A DNA stretch of 64,000 nucleotides from Podarcis pityusensis (GCA_964106645.2 OZ067040.1); one strand, 5' to 3'. Numbered from the stretch's first letter, positions 49,949-62,926 are shown. Program-made: numbers and translations. Notes: generated by a model not told the origin, from the letters alone.

Positions 49949-51354
49949 GTAGCAGTCTTGGTTTGCCTTTGGTGCATTACTTTTGGGACAGGTTAATAAT
50001 TCTTTCAGCTTGACATAATGATTTGCATAAGGTTCTTTGAGTCAGGTTTTTGTTTGGTTGGAAACAAAACATGTTAGAAAGAGAAAATGTTTTGAAAAGT
50101 TTGTGGTTTTGTATCCCCTTGTATTATGTGTGTTTTTGAAGGCAAACAACTTTAGGGGAAGATGTGTAGGAATTTATCTGGTCATCTAATTTTGCAAGCA
50201 TATGGAAGCATCCTTGTTGGGTGACAGAAGAACTGCTTGCTAGTCTCAAAGAACAGTCATAACACTAAATCATTTAGGATGTAGTCCTAAACCATAGTTT
50301 AGCATTCAGCAACAGTGAACTTCAGTCTCACACACTCATTATTCTTCAAATGATAACTCTAGTTAATTAAGCTATGATTTGCTGAAATAAGTCAATATTA
50401 TAAACTAGTTCCATCTTGGCTTGTTAACTGAAAACTCTCGTTAATTAAAGTATGATTTGTTGGAAGAAGTCAATATCATAAACTACCTTGGCTTGTTGCA
50501 GTGAGCTATAATTTATTTTAGCATTGACATACTGCTTAATCATTAGCATTTCTCAGCATTTATTAAACTAATCTCAGTGTGTCCTTTTCAAATGTAAGAA
50601 TAAATCTCGGTTGGTAAGAACTAGAAGCATACTCCTTGAAGCCATTCCAGGAGAGACTAGTGGGTAGTTTGCAACTGTGAGGCTCATTCACAGTGTAAAA
50701 GTATGCTTTAGTGCTTTAATGCAGAGGTTGCAGACCTGTGGCTCCCCATAGGTTGATGGACTAGAAGTCCCATTATCTAGGACCATTGGTGATGCAGGCT
50801 GGGGCTCATGAGACATGATATCTGGCAGGCCACAGGTTACTCACCCAAACTAGACTTCTGTGACTGAAAGCTTTCCCCCCAGAAAAAAATGGCTAATGCT
50901 TGCAAATGCATGATTCCCAAAAATGCAGTGATGCAGGGAGTGAGAGCTATATCAAGCTTGAACAAATACAAAAATAAGAATTCTCCAGAGAAGGAATAAG
51001 GTTGGGATTTTCAAACAGGGCACATGTGGGCACCACAGTGGCCTTAGAAACCCCCTTAGCACCCACCAAGGCCCTCCCATTTTTAAAAAAATTAAGGTTT
51101 TGTGGTTTTTTTTGGTATTTTGTGGGATTGCTTGTTTTTAGGGGTATAGAATGCTTTTTTTGGTTTGTGTTTTTATTTATTTTGGGGTGATGTTGGCATT
51201 TTGCCTGCTTTGGGGTGCACGTATATATGCCTATATTGTTTTCTTTTTCCTTCTCCTTTGTTTTATTGTTTGTACCTACAAAGCTCACTGCAAGTTGTTT
51301 TCCCCTGTTACAACAACTTATTATTATTTGAGATAAGCGCTATTTCTCTTGTAG

Positions 51355-51490
51355 GGTATGATCAACTTGGTGCTTGAATGCATTGATCGCTTACATGTAT
51401 ACAGCAGTGCAGCTCATTTTGCTGATGTAGCTGGGAAGGAGGCGGGAGAGACTTGGAAATCTATCCTAAACTCATTGTATGAATTACTAG
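51355..51490 (+). CDS. RYR2: RYR2 exon 16 ([16 protein letters not shown]...LNSLYELL), 136 nt
   Basis: ttgtag|GGTATG ... TACTAG|gtaaga. Confidence 0.97.
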
Positions 51491-53424
51491 GTAAGATATG
51501 CATTTCAGAAATGGCGATTTTTGTTATCCAAACACACACACAAAATGCTAATGAAACCCCATAGGGGTTCAGCATCGTGTTATTACAGACATTTCATCTG
51601 TGCAAGCATCCCAGCTTACCAAATAGAATGATTCCCCTTCCCCATGTGTTGTTCTGGGTTCTACTGTCCACTCAAACCATTTTAGGGAGTGTGTCTGTGA
51701 GGTGATAGGAGGGGATCCTTGTTGCACAAGCAGAAACCCTTGCTTAGGGCTTCAACTGACTGAGTTTGCTAGGTGAAGCCCACTCTTTACGTTAAAGAAG
51801 TTATATAGGATTTTCTTAAAAGAGAAAATCTTTGCAGGGGATAAATCTCTGACTTGCTTAATTGAAGCATCTCATGCTGAATAAAGCTTAAATATTGCCC
51901 TGCAAGTGCTTTTACAGTATTCATTCTTTTGGTTTGGGCCAATATTTAGGAATATTGTTCATTCAGTCCTGTTTTCCATAAGCTATAGCTAAGATGTATG
52001 GTTGATAGCAGATAGCTGATGTTTCCATTATTCATAGCCTTTAATACATACCAGATGCAGTATAAAGACAGAAATCTTTATACAGAATAAAATTGTTTCT
52101 ATCCATGTTGTGGCTAGCCATCAATTTAATTAAAAAATAATATGTAACAAACTGATTGCATTTTCCACCCAAAGGAAAATGGTTTTTTTATGATATTTGA
52201 TACTTCCATAAATATATTGCTATTGAAAAAAAGTTACAAATATATTACTTCATAAGACAATTTAATCACTCTCAGTTACTCCACAAATTAAATATAGTGC
52301 TAATGTAGTTCATTTCTGTGTGGGAAGGTGAGACTTGTGAGTATAATGAATTATGTTTCCCAGTTCCATTATTAGTAATACATTTCTTCTACAATATTAT
52401 TTTCAAGAGTAGCTCTGGAACTTATTTTCCTCTCCTGGCTCAATAGGTCTTCAGGGAATATCTGTGTTCCACAATTAATTGTAGAGTTTACCTGACCTGT
52501 GGTAAAATTAGCTGCAGCTCTGATGCTTCTAAATTGGGAGTTTATTAAGATTCTTTCTTGATTGCTATTTTAGCTCTGAAGCTTGGACTGTGTAGGATAG
52601 AAAGATGGTTTGTCTTGGATGACGACGACAATTACTTCTTCTTATACATACCCTCAAGCCATTTCGTCTGGTGATTTATACCAGGGAACAGACATGCTGT
52701 TGAAGTTCACTAGACTCAGATCTAGCAGTGATCTGGGCAACACTAATTTACAAGGAGAGGACAACATTAGAAATTTCTGAATTTTTCTCCAGAATCCAAG
52801 TCAGAGAAGACTAACTGGCAGAAAAAAACTGATGCTGGCTGGAGTGAGGGAGTGGAAGGTCTTCCATGAGGAGTTCCCAGGGCTCCCTGTGAAGGGACAT
52901 TTTCCATATTAGTTCTTCAGAACAGCTAGTCTCAGTAAAAGTAGATGTGGGAGAGGCCTTTGGACTTGACCAAGCAGTGCAATGTGATGGGGGATATTTT
53001 CCTGTTTGAATTTAATACACAGGAGTCAGGATGGCATTCAGCATAGCTTCCTGAGGGAGCATAAGCTCTGAGGAAGGTTTGCCCAAGCAAATTGACATGG
53101 AAACATAATTTTATAATGTGAGTTGGTTTTTCACCATATAGAATAAAATACAAAGTGTGTGCTATTCAGGATGGGTTGCATGGAGAATGCAGCCTATGTG
53201 GTAACAAAGTCTATGAATTTTTCACCTTTTGTAAAGATGACTTAAGGCTGCAATCCTAACCCCACTTAACCTAGGAGTAAACCCCACTGATATGAAAGTG
53301 TTTGCTTCTAAGTATAAACAGGTTGGTTTACACTAAGACCTATGTTCTGTATTAACTAATGTGATTACAATGCATATGACAGTTGGTAGAATAAAAAACT
53401 AATTACTCTTTTCATTCTTTTCAG

Positions 53425-53520
53425 CTGCTTTGATTAGAGGGAATCGTAAAAATTGTGCCCAGTTTTCAGGCTCTCTTGATTGGCTCATTAGTAGATTGGA
53501 GAGACTGGAAGCATCTTCTG
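53425..53520 (+). CDS. RYR2: RYR2 exon 17 (AALIRGNRKNCAQFSGSLDWLISRLERLEASS), 96 nt
   Basis: tttcag|CTGCTT ... CTTCTG|gtatgt. Confidence 0.97.
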
Positions 53521-56272
53521 GTATGTGTTTGTTTTTTTTTTTAATCAAAACTCGACAGCCCATAAAAAAATCCCTTGCTTTCACTGTTGTGCAATCTGCT
53601 GCTGTATCTTTTTAAAAATAAAATGGCAAGCATGTGTTAAGTTCTACTCTTTGGGCAAGTAAAAAACACACATTGTTTTTTAAATCACAGAAGATTCATG
53701 TGCAGGAATGATTTTACACAACTTAAACTGGGATTGCGGCTGTACAGATACATGCATAATCTTGTTGAATATGCAAGAGTTCCATTAATTTCAGCTGAGA
53801 CTATTTAAACCAGGGGCTGCCTGCCCATACCACACTTCCTTTTCTGTAACCTCCCCTATTGCGCAGAGACCACCCCGTGGTAGCCTCCTGGTTCTCTCCC
53901 CACCCCGCTCACCATATTGGAGATACTCAGCCACCTTTTCACACATACTCAGTTCTGAAGTATCCAGCTCCTCCTATTCTGCAGCTTCCTTTGTACCCAA
54001 CCTTTCACTTTATCCTATTCCTATGCCTCTTTTCTCCCATCTCCTTTACCGACAACCCCCTTGCAACAATCTCTACTGAACATGGGCAGGGTGCCTTCCT
54101 CTCCCCCTCTGTGGTGCCCACCACCCCATGGCTGATTTTCTTAGTACACTCCCTTATCATTCTCTCTTTTTCTTCCACTCCCTTTGGTACACTTCCTCCC
54201 ACCATCTCTCCACAAGATCTCCTTCAATACATGCCCATTAGCCTCCTCATCTCTACCTCCCAGTAAGCTGCAGTGATGTGACCAAGCAGAGTTCAGGTGA
54301 GCAGCAGCACCAACAACAACCACACCTTCCACTGCTGCTTATGTCCCACTGATTCCAATGAGACTTTAAATAGCATTTTCTTGGATGATGCCTATTATTT
54401 CTTGAAAAATACCTAAATTGTTTTTCTGCATCTTAGCATACATAGAATAAAATTATAAACTGGCAGCCATTTGAGACTTCTGTATCATTTGTTGTTGTTG
54501 TTCTAAATGACAATAACTTGTCACTTGCTACAAATTAGAAGCTGATTCCAGGTTGGATTATGAAGCCAAGAACGATGGAGTGCTCTACAATTTAGTTTTT
54601 AAAACTCAACAGAGATAATTGTATATGATTACTTCATTAAAAATGTAATTGGCCTTTGGGCTTTAAGATAAAAATCAAATGAGCAGTTTAGATTTTAATT
54701 AAATTAACAGTTTAGATTCTTCCCCACATTATCTTCTCTCAAATTAAAAGAGGAACATTTTGAAAATACTTTAATGATATGTTTGCCCTTAGGGACACTG
54801 GGTATAATTTTGGGAAATAATATAGATAAAAATGGTCCTTTTATTATAATTCAAAATTATCACACTATTTAATATTTAAATCAGTCAAACCTTTATTTGT
54901 AAATAGAATTAGTTTCAGGTAATGAGCTTATCTGCATGATAAGGAAACCACTTATGTGTTTTCTGTACTTTGTTAAGAAGCATTACGCTTCTGGCAACAG
55001 GAAGATATACAAAAACTCCTGTTGGTCAACAGCTGATTGCCTCTGATTATATCTCTGCTAAAGAGGGAAACTTGCAAGTAGTGCATAAAACGAATGCTTT
55101 GTTGTAAAATGTAATTGGTTTGGCCACTGTCAGACTTGATGATCTCAAGGATAATTTCAAATTTCTTAGCTGATAATTCTGTGAACCTTCTTGTAAACAA
55201 AAGGATATCTAATATGGAAAGTTTCCCCACCCCATTTATTTCCTCTTTCTGGTGGGCATGGAAAAGCAGTTGGTCACATGATTTGGAAGAATGGTATAGA
55301 AGACTACCCAGTGCATTACATACAAAACATATTGTATGTCCAGGCTTCGTTTTATCCCATGTTACAGTGCTGACTGTAGCAGCAGCAGCAGCTGGCAGCA
55401 ATTAACTGTGTGCCACATCCTTGCTACTGCTATATTAAGAGATCTGCTAGACAATTGTGCCTGGACCTAAAGGAACTTGTCTTAATGCAGCATTGCAGGA
55501 ATCTTATTTAAGTTTAATGATACTTAATGGCACTGGCTGCTGCTTCATTTGGCTGGTAATTTTGGTTAATTGAGAGGTCATAGGTGATTCAGTGCTGCAT
55601 CCTACGGCTTCCTACGGCTTCATTATCTCAATTTTCATGTAATTAGTTTGCTCATTTTATAGGAGCATCTTTCACACACCCCTTGTGATACACAGAAAAT
55701 GTATGACATTTTCTAGTTTCGACATACTATTAATCTTCTCCAAGAATACATCAAATTATAAGTTATAAAACATTCCCTACTGCAGCGCTGGGAATTCTAT
55801 AACTTACTTACACCATTCCTTACATTTACATCGTTTGCTTACACTATTAATTTGTGAAATTTAAATTATTTATATGCTGCTTTTCAGCTCTAAAAATGGA
55901 CTCACATAATATTACACCAAAACAAATTAAAACAAAACAAAACAAAACAAAACAAAGAGCACATAACTGTGAGGCACATTTTTCTGTAAGCTGTATATTA
56001 ACAATCAGTTACCCCAGTCCTTTTCTATTGCCTTGACAGTGTTAGGCATTTGAAATTTTGTGATACATTACCACAAAGAATTAAAGCTTTGTCTGTATTC
56101 CTTCAGTGACAAAAATGATGCAAACGTTTACTTAAATTCCTAAAAAAACAAGGAGATGCAAAACTGAATTATTCCTACTCCTAGTACATAGCATGTTGGT
56201 CAGAATTTGAAACTACAGAATTAGGTAGTATAAGAGCTGTTCAGATTTAATCACATATAAGCTATCAGTTAT

Positions 56273-56640
56273 GGGACGCAAGTGGCGCTGTGGTGTAAAC
56301 CACTGAACCTTGGGCTTGCTGATTGGAAGGTTGGCGGTTTGAATCCCCGCGACGGGGTGAGCTCCCATTGTTTGGTCCCAGCTCCTGCCTACCTAGCAGT
56401 TTGAAAGCATGTCAAAGTGCAAGTAGATAAATAGGTACTGCCCTGGTGGGAAGGTAAATGGTGTTTCTGTGCACTGCTCTGGTTTCGCCAGAAGCGGCTT
56501 AGTCATGCTGGCCACATGACCCGGAAAAACTGTCTGCAGACAAACGTCGGCTCCCTCGGCCAGTAAAGCGAGATGAGCGCCGCAACCCCAGAGTCGTTCG
56601 TGACTGGACTTAACTGTCAGGGGTCCTTTACCTTTCTTAA
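56273..56640 (+). mobile_element. Sauria SINE
   Basis: tRNA-like head, ACCTTT tail and a 13-bp TSD aagctatcagtta (56259-56271, 56641-56653). Confidence 0.93.
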
Positions 56641-56922
56641 AAGCTATCAGTTAATTGTGCAGTCAATCTAAAAGATTTAAACAAAACTGTGTTATGAAAA
56701 TTGTGTACTTAATTTCATTTCCCTGCTTTTAGTGCCTATCGGCGAGATTTAAGATGAATGAAGTATTTTTATTTCATGTTTAAATTTCCATTCGTTACAA
56801 GATTGATTACAGATGCCCATTCTTAATTGTGCAGTATTCACATTAATCTTGTTCTTCCAGTTTTACCATCGTCTTATTTCATCCATATGCTATATGGATT
56901 CTTATTCCATCCATATAGCCTG

Positions 56923-57431
56923 TGGAGGACTGTGTCCAGTTCTGGGCACCACAATTCAAGAAGGACACTGACAAACTGGAACGTGTCCAGAGGAGGGCAA
57001 CCAAAATGGTCAAAGGCCTGGAAACGATGCCTTATGAGGAACGGCTAAGGGAGCTGGGCATGTTTAGCCTGGAGAAGAGGAGGTTAAGGGGTGATATGAT
57101 AGCCATGTTCAAATATATAAAAGGATGTCACCTAGAGGAGGGAGAAAGGTTGTTTTCTGCTGCTCCAGAGAAGCGGACAGGGAGCAATGGATCCAAACTA
57201 CAAGAAAGAAGATTCCACCTAAACATTAGGAAGAACTTCCTGACAGTAAGAGCTGTTCGACAGTGGAATTTGCTGCCAAGGAGTGTGGTGGAGTCTCCTT
57301 CTTTGGAGGTCTTTAAGCAGAGGCTTGACAACCATATGTCAGGAGTGCTCTGATGGTGTTTCCTGCTTGGCAGGGGGTTGGACTCGATGGCCCTTGTGGT
57401 CTCTTCCAACTCTATGATTCTATGATTCTAT
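56923..57431 (+). mobile_element. Young 5'-truncated CR1 LINE (open ORF2 C-terminus plus 3'UTR)
   Basis: [40 protein letters not shown] with no stops, and an (ATTCTATG)n tail. Confidence 0.93.
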
Positions 57432-57496
57432 ATCTTATGTATAATTGTGAGATAATTTAAACAATAAACTGGTCTTTTTTGTATTTATGTTTTTAG

Positions 57497-57615
57497 GCAT
57501 TCTTGAGGTTTTGCACTGTGTGTTGGTAGAAAGTCCAGAAGCTTTAAATATTATTAAAGAAGGACATATTAAATCAATTATATGCCTTTTGGACAAACAT
57601 GGAAGAAACCATAAG
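57497..57615 (+). CDS. RYR2: RYR2 exon 18 ([39 protein letters not shown]), 119 nt
   Basis: ttttag|GCATTC ... CATAAG|gtatgc. Confidence 0.97.
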
Positions 57616-57794
57616 GTATGCAATACAGATTTGGATCGAGAGTCTGTGTGATGGGTAGCTGGTTTATGAAATAGCTCAGTGGGAGGGTTTAAGATAGCAA
57701 GGGAGAGTCTTTCTGTTTTACACTTGGTGTTTTTAAACAGTATCATGCGATCTGAGAACCATCATAATCACCATCTGCATCATTTCTTCCCCAG

Positions 57795-57928
57795 GTGTTA
57801 GATGTTTTGTGCTCTCTCTGTGTGTGCCATGGAGTAGCTGTGCGGTCTAATCAGCATTTGATCTGTGACAATCTTCTGCCAGGGCGAGATCTCCTTCTCC
57901 AGACACGTCTTGTCAACCATGTGAGCAG
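57795..57928 (+). CDS. RYR2: RYR2 exon 19 ([45 protein letters not shown]), 134 nt
   Basis: ccccag|GTGTTA ... GAGCAG|gtaaaa. Confidence 0.97.
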
Positions 57929-58670
57929 GTAAAAAATTGACTAGAATGTGTGTGCAATCGGTATATAAAACCAAGAACAAATCAAAATGATTTTTCACAT
58001 GTAGACAAATATAATGGTTGCATTCATTAAGAGACAATCTGTTTATCCCCCCCCTTCTGCTAACATTTCTAAATTAAATGCAGTAACTGTTGGTGTTTTT
58101 GCACCTCTTGAAGACATAACCTCTGCTCCCAGTTTTTTTTGTTGATGTTCGATTTCAAAGTATGGTAGTATGTTTGACCTGGATTACTGCTGTATTTTAT
58201 TGTGCTGTGGGTTTTAAAATAGGTTTTAAATTATTTATTTTTTACTTGTGCATGACCTTGGGGTGCATCATGAACAGTGCTATAAAGATATCTAATTAAA
58301 ATATTATTTTATTACTATTAAATTGTATTATTCAAAATCCTTTGCATTAGAATAATTAAAATTTAAAAACTTGAATAGGGTTTTATAGAGGCAATAGCAA
58401 ATAGTCTGTATCTGAATTGATTTTACGTGTGAAATATGTTTTTATTTGTTATATTTCTCTGAGATATTTAATAGGATGTAGTTCATGAATGGAACTGAAT
58501 AAATAACATGCAGACATGGAGCTAGTTGTTGGTTAATTGTTATTTTAGTGACTATTCTCCTTTTGTCATAATTTGTCTTGGGGTACAGATCCAAAGAGCA
58601 AAAGGAGGGTTTAATAATGCTTTTAAAAAACACGAAACTTTTCTGATTCATCTTTTCCCCTCGTATTCAG

Positions 58671-58912
58671 TATGAGACCCAATATTTTCCTTGGAATCAG
58701 CGAGGGCTCTGCTCAGTATAGAAAATGGTATTATGAGCTAATGGTTGACCACGTGGGACCGTTTACGACAGCCGAAGCTACTCACCTTCGTGTGGGCTGG
58801 GCTTCAACAGAAGGCTATTCACCATACCCTGTGGGAGGAGAAGAATGGGGAGGAAATGGTGTTGGTGATGACCTGTATTCCTATAGTTTTGATGGACTTC
58901 ATCTGTGGTCAG
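58671..58912 (+). CDS. RYR2: RYR2 exon 20 (SPRY1; MRPNIFLG...DGLHLWS-G), 242 nt
   Basis: attcag|TATGAG ... GGTCAG|gtaagg. Confidence 0.97.
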
Positions 58913-59376
58913 GTAAGGCAAATTAAATACCTTAGCTTTGTTTTTAAAACACTTAGCAGTTGACTTCTTTATTTCAGCCAGTATGTCATCTACTATTCTC
59001 CAAGTTGCATTTGTGGGGGAAGAGCCACGGTTTTTGCAGAAAAGAGATATTTCTGAAATTCTGGAGGGCCACTGTCAGTCAGTGAATAGGGAACACTGGT
59101 CTAGATGAACCACTGTTCTTTCCCCCCCTTCTTGTTTTTATAATTAATTTTTTATTGGATTTTTCAACATAACAAGAGCAAAAACATACAAATTGAAGAA
59201 AGAAATACTCCAGTGTTCTGAGTAGGTTGAAGGCAGCTTCCTGAGATCTAATACTGGTGCTTTTTTGTGTTAATCTGTATTGATTCTTCTTTGGCTTTGT
59301 ACCAAGTTTTCTGAAAGCAGCTTTTCTTACATGAGGCTGAACTTTTGTTCTAATTATATTTACTCTTATATCCTAG

Positions 59377-59569
59377 GCTGTGTAGCAAGATCTGTGAATT
59401 CTCCCAACCAGCATCTGTTAAGGACTGATGATGTAATCAGCTGCTGCCTTGATCTGAGTGCTCCAAGCATTTCATTCCGGATAAATGGACAGCCAGTCCA
59501 GGGGATGTTTGAGAATTTCAATACAGATGGCCTTTTCTTTCCAGTTGTCAGCTTCTCGGCAGGGATAAA
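59377..59569 (+). CDS. RYR2: RYR2 exon 21 (SPRY1; [14 protein letters not shown]...VVSFSAGI-K), 193 nt
   Basis: tcctag|GCTGTG ... GATAAA|gttagt. Confidence 0.96.
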
Positions 59570-60262
59570 GTTAGTACCCCATCTTGTCATTTTCAGCGAA
59601 TACATTGCATGTTTTCCTTGCTTATTGTTTTATTCATTTAATTTTGAAATTTCAGTTCTATGCGTAGGACTTATTCTATGGGTTAAGCCACAGCAGATGT
59701 GTGATTGGATCTTCTGATTTTTCTTTTTCTTAACAACTTTTCACAAATTGGACACGTACGGTGACACTATGGGTTTGATTCGTTGGGGCGGTGAATCACA
59801 CCACTCAAAACCTGCTATATTTGCACTGCTAGGAAAAGCACATGGTACCTGTGGATGTGAGCAATCGCCAGCAGGTGATTTAGATCTGGGAAATGGTCTA
59901 GGAAAAAGGGTTAAAGCTTTCAGCATCATGGCCCAATCAAATTCAACCTCCTGCAACTTTATATTGTGGGTCTTCTGAATTGAGGTTCCGAGAAAGAATT
60001 CCGAAAAGAGTCCTGAAAATTTAATTCACCTGTATCCATAGTTAGTTGCATTTTCCTTTACGTAGTCTTTCTGCTCAGTCAAGCTTTGGATTGTTGTGCC
60101 TCTTGAGGCACAAGAAAGGTTTTAGGCTCCAGTGTTCATAACACTGTGCAAGTTTAGAAGAGAGAGAGAGTATTTGGAGGAAGCAAACTCCACAGAAGGG
60201 ATCTTGGAAGGGATCTCTTTATCTTATGTCTTTTAGACTTACATGTACTGCTTTTCCTCAGT

Positions 60263-60340
60263 TCTGAAGAAGTGTGCATGCACACGAAAGCTTATACCAA
60301 GAACTAACTTAGTTGGTCTTTAAGGTGCTACAGGAAGGAA
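60263..60340 (+). mobile_element. 78-bp Penelope-like terminal remnant carrying a minimal hammerhead-ribozyme core
   Basis: CTGAAGA, palindromic stem gtgtgcatgcacac, GAAA, gctt. 14-bp TSD tgcttttcctcagt (60249-60262, 60341-60354). Identical to the right arm of the palindrome at 74-189. Confidence 0.7.
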
Positions 60341-60597
60341 TGCTTTTCCTCAGTGGGAGCTGGAATGGCTGGCCAAAGAAGGGCATAGTAGGTTGAGAGG
60401 GGAAGGAAAATGATCTACTCACCCATTCAAAATGGCACTAGGCTGCTTTTGAAAACAAAACTCCAAGTCCACTCTATGAGGAGAGTGGCTTCCTGTGAGT
60501 GGAGGTGCAGCACTCTGAAAAATCCTTATCCAAGGGATATCTAGTTATATAGTGCTTTTCCTAAGAGCTCAAAGCACATCACATATATTAACTGATA

Positions 60598-60972
60598 CAG
60601 TGGTACCTCGCAAGACGAATGCCTCGCAAGACGAAAAACTCGCAAGACGAAAGAGATTTTCGTTTTTTGAGTTGCTTCGCAAGACTAATTTCCCTATGGG
60701 CTTGCTTCGCAAGACGAAAAACAAAAACGTCTTGCAAGTTTGTTTCCTTTTTCTTAAAACCATTAATACCCAGGGTGCATTGCTTGAAGAGGTGCAGTTG
60801 CGACTTGACTTCGAGGAGCAACTCATAGCACGCGGTGTGGTAGCCTTTTTTGAGGTTTTTGAAGACTTTGGTGATTTTGAAGACTTTGGGAAACCGTGCT
60901 TCGCAAGATGAAAAATTCACAAGACGAAAAAACTCGCAGAACGAATTAATTTCGTCTTGTGAGGCACCACTG
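60598..60972. mobile_element. pogo/Tigger-like MITE, family A (375 bp), inverted relative to the 21449 copy
   Basis: TIRs cagtggtacctcgcaagacgaa...ttcgtcttgtgaggcaccactg with TA TSD. Confidence 0.9.
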
Positions 60973-61315
60973 TACATCTTTACTGAGGTCCACATGTTGG
61001 TCAATATTAATATTTCCATCTTACAGATGAGGAACTGAAGCCAAAAGATACCTAACACTATACAGTGAGTTCATTCTGTGCTGGTTCTGCCTCACAGACT
61101 TTGCTCTTACTCGCTACTACACTAGTCCAGTGATGAAGTGATGATATAATCACTGTTTTTTTCCAGTTCTTATCCAAAATTGAGTATGCCAAATGAATAC
61201 ACACTTACTTCTGAATAAATATGCATTCTTATTCTTCATTTATATCACATATAAAATTAATAACCTAAACTAAGCAGTAGTTATCGCTAAATAGACCACA
61301 GGTAAGACAGAAAGT

Positions 61316-61681
61316 GGGACGCGGGTGGTGCTGTGGTGTAAACCACTAAGCCTTGGGCTTGCTGATTGGAAGGTTGGCGGTTCAAATCCCCATGACGGGG
61401 TGAGCTCCTGTTGTTCAGTCCTAGCTCCTGCCAACCTAGCAGTTTGAAAGCCCGTCAAAGTGCAAGTAGATAAATAGGTACTGCTCTGGCGGGAAGGTAA
61501 ATGGCGTTTCCGTGCACTGCTCTGGTTTCACCAGAAGCGGCTCAGTCATGCTGGCCACATGACCTGGAAAAACTGTCTGTAGACAAATGTCAGCTCCTTC
61601 GGACAGTAAAGCAAGATGACCGCCCCAACCCCAGAGTTGTTCGTGACTGGACTTAACTGTCAGGGGTCCTTTACTTTTTTT
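61316..61681 (+). mobile_element. Sauria SINE
   Basis: 13-bp TSD taagacagaaagt (61303-61315, 61682-61694). Same subfamily as the 56273 copy. Confidence 0.93.
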
Positions 61682-61762
61682 TAAGACAGAAAGTAGGAGA
61701 AGATAATCACAGCCTAGTGTAGATGCAGTCACCTTTAGATAAAACTAATTCACTCTGAAATA

Positions 61763-62004
61763 CAGTGGTACCTCGGGTTACATACACTTCAGGTTACATA
61801 CGCTTCAGGTTACAGACTCCGCTAACCCAGAAATAGTACCTCGGGTTAACAACTTTGCTTCAGGATAAGAACAGAAATCGTGCTCCAGCGGTGCGGCGGC
61901 AGTGGGAGGCCCCATTAGCTAAAGTGGTGCTTCAGGTTAAGAACAGTTTCAGGCTAAGAACGGATCTCTAGAACGAATTAAGTACTTAACCCGAGGTACC
62001 ACTG
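61763..62004. mobile_element. pogo/Tigger-like MITE, family B (242 bp)
   Basis: Perfect TIRs cagtggtacctcgggtta/taacccgaggtaccactg with TA TSD. Confidence 0.9.
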
Positions 62005-62106
62005 TAAATCCCAGATGCAGCACTTGCAAAGTGTGACTTTGAAGGAATAATTTTACTTTAGAATTGAACTAAAGGCATCAGGAATATTTGAATTGTTGTC
62101 TTATAG

Positions 62107-62323
62107 GGTACGTTTTTTGCTTGGAGGCCGCCATGGGGAATTTAAATTCCTTCCACCTCCAGGATATGCTCCTTGTTTTGAAGCTATTCTGCCAAAAGAG
62201 AAATTGAAAGTGGAACACAGCAGAGAATACAAACAGGATCGGAATTCCACAAGAGACCTTCTGGGCCCAAATATATCTCTATCCCAAGCAGCTTTCACTC
62301 CAGTACCTGTAGATACCAGTCAG
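62107..62323 (+). CDS. RYR2: RYR2 exon 22 (VRFLLGGRHGEFKFLPPPGY...FTPVPVDTSQ), 217 nt
   Basis: ttatag|GGTACG ... AGTCAG|gtaaat. Confidence 0.97.
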
Positions 62324-62926
62324 GTAAATAGAATCTACATTAACTTTTCAGCTATGGGATAAGTATGCTACATAATATTATGTTAAAATCAATAAACTTG
62401 CAAATACCTTTTGCTTTCATTTTTTGCCTCATATTTTATTGTTTGGGAGTCTACATATCAAGTACAGTGACACTAAATATTAGTTAATTTGTAAAGGCAT
62501 TTGTTTTCACAACTTGTTCTATCTAACCAGTCATTTAAAGATTAAAAAACTCCTCAAAACATCAGAAACAAAAGCAATCATCATAGCAACAGTAAAAATA
62601 CAAAAAGCAGTAGATAGTAGTAGATCTGTTTTATTTTTGTTTTATGGTTCTCTTTCGTAGGCTATCTTGAAAATCTAGATTAATAAAAAAAAATCTTTAA
62701 AAAGGAACAAAAATTCCTGTACATTGACAAACTCAAAGTACATTTGTTATTATGATCAGGTTGCTTTCATTATGTTATTTCCAGTTCAATCATTTACTAC
62801 TATGCAATTAGTGAAACATATGTAAACTTTGGACAAGTAGTTTATTTCATTCTGGTAAATTATCTTTTTCTCACCTCCACTGCACTCTGTCATTTTATTC
62901 TAACAGATTTGCTCTTTTATCTTTAG

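Noticed and set aside
62895-62926. Alternative upstream acceptor ttctaacag| for exon 23
   Set aside because: It adds 20 nt and frameshifts. CTAAC is better explained as the branch point of the true acceptor.
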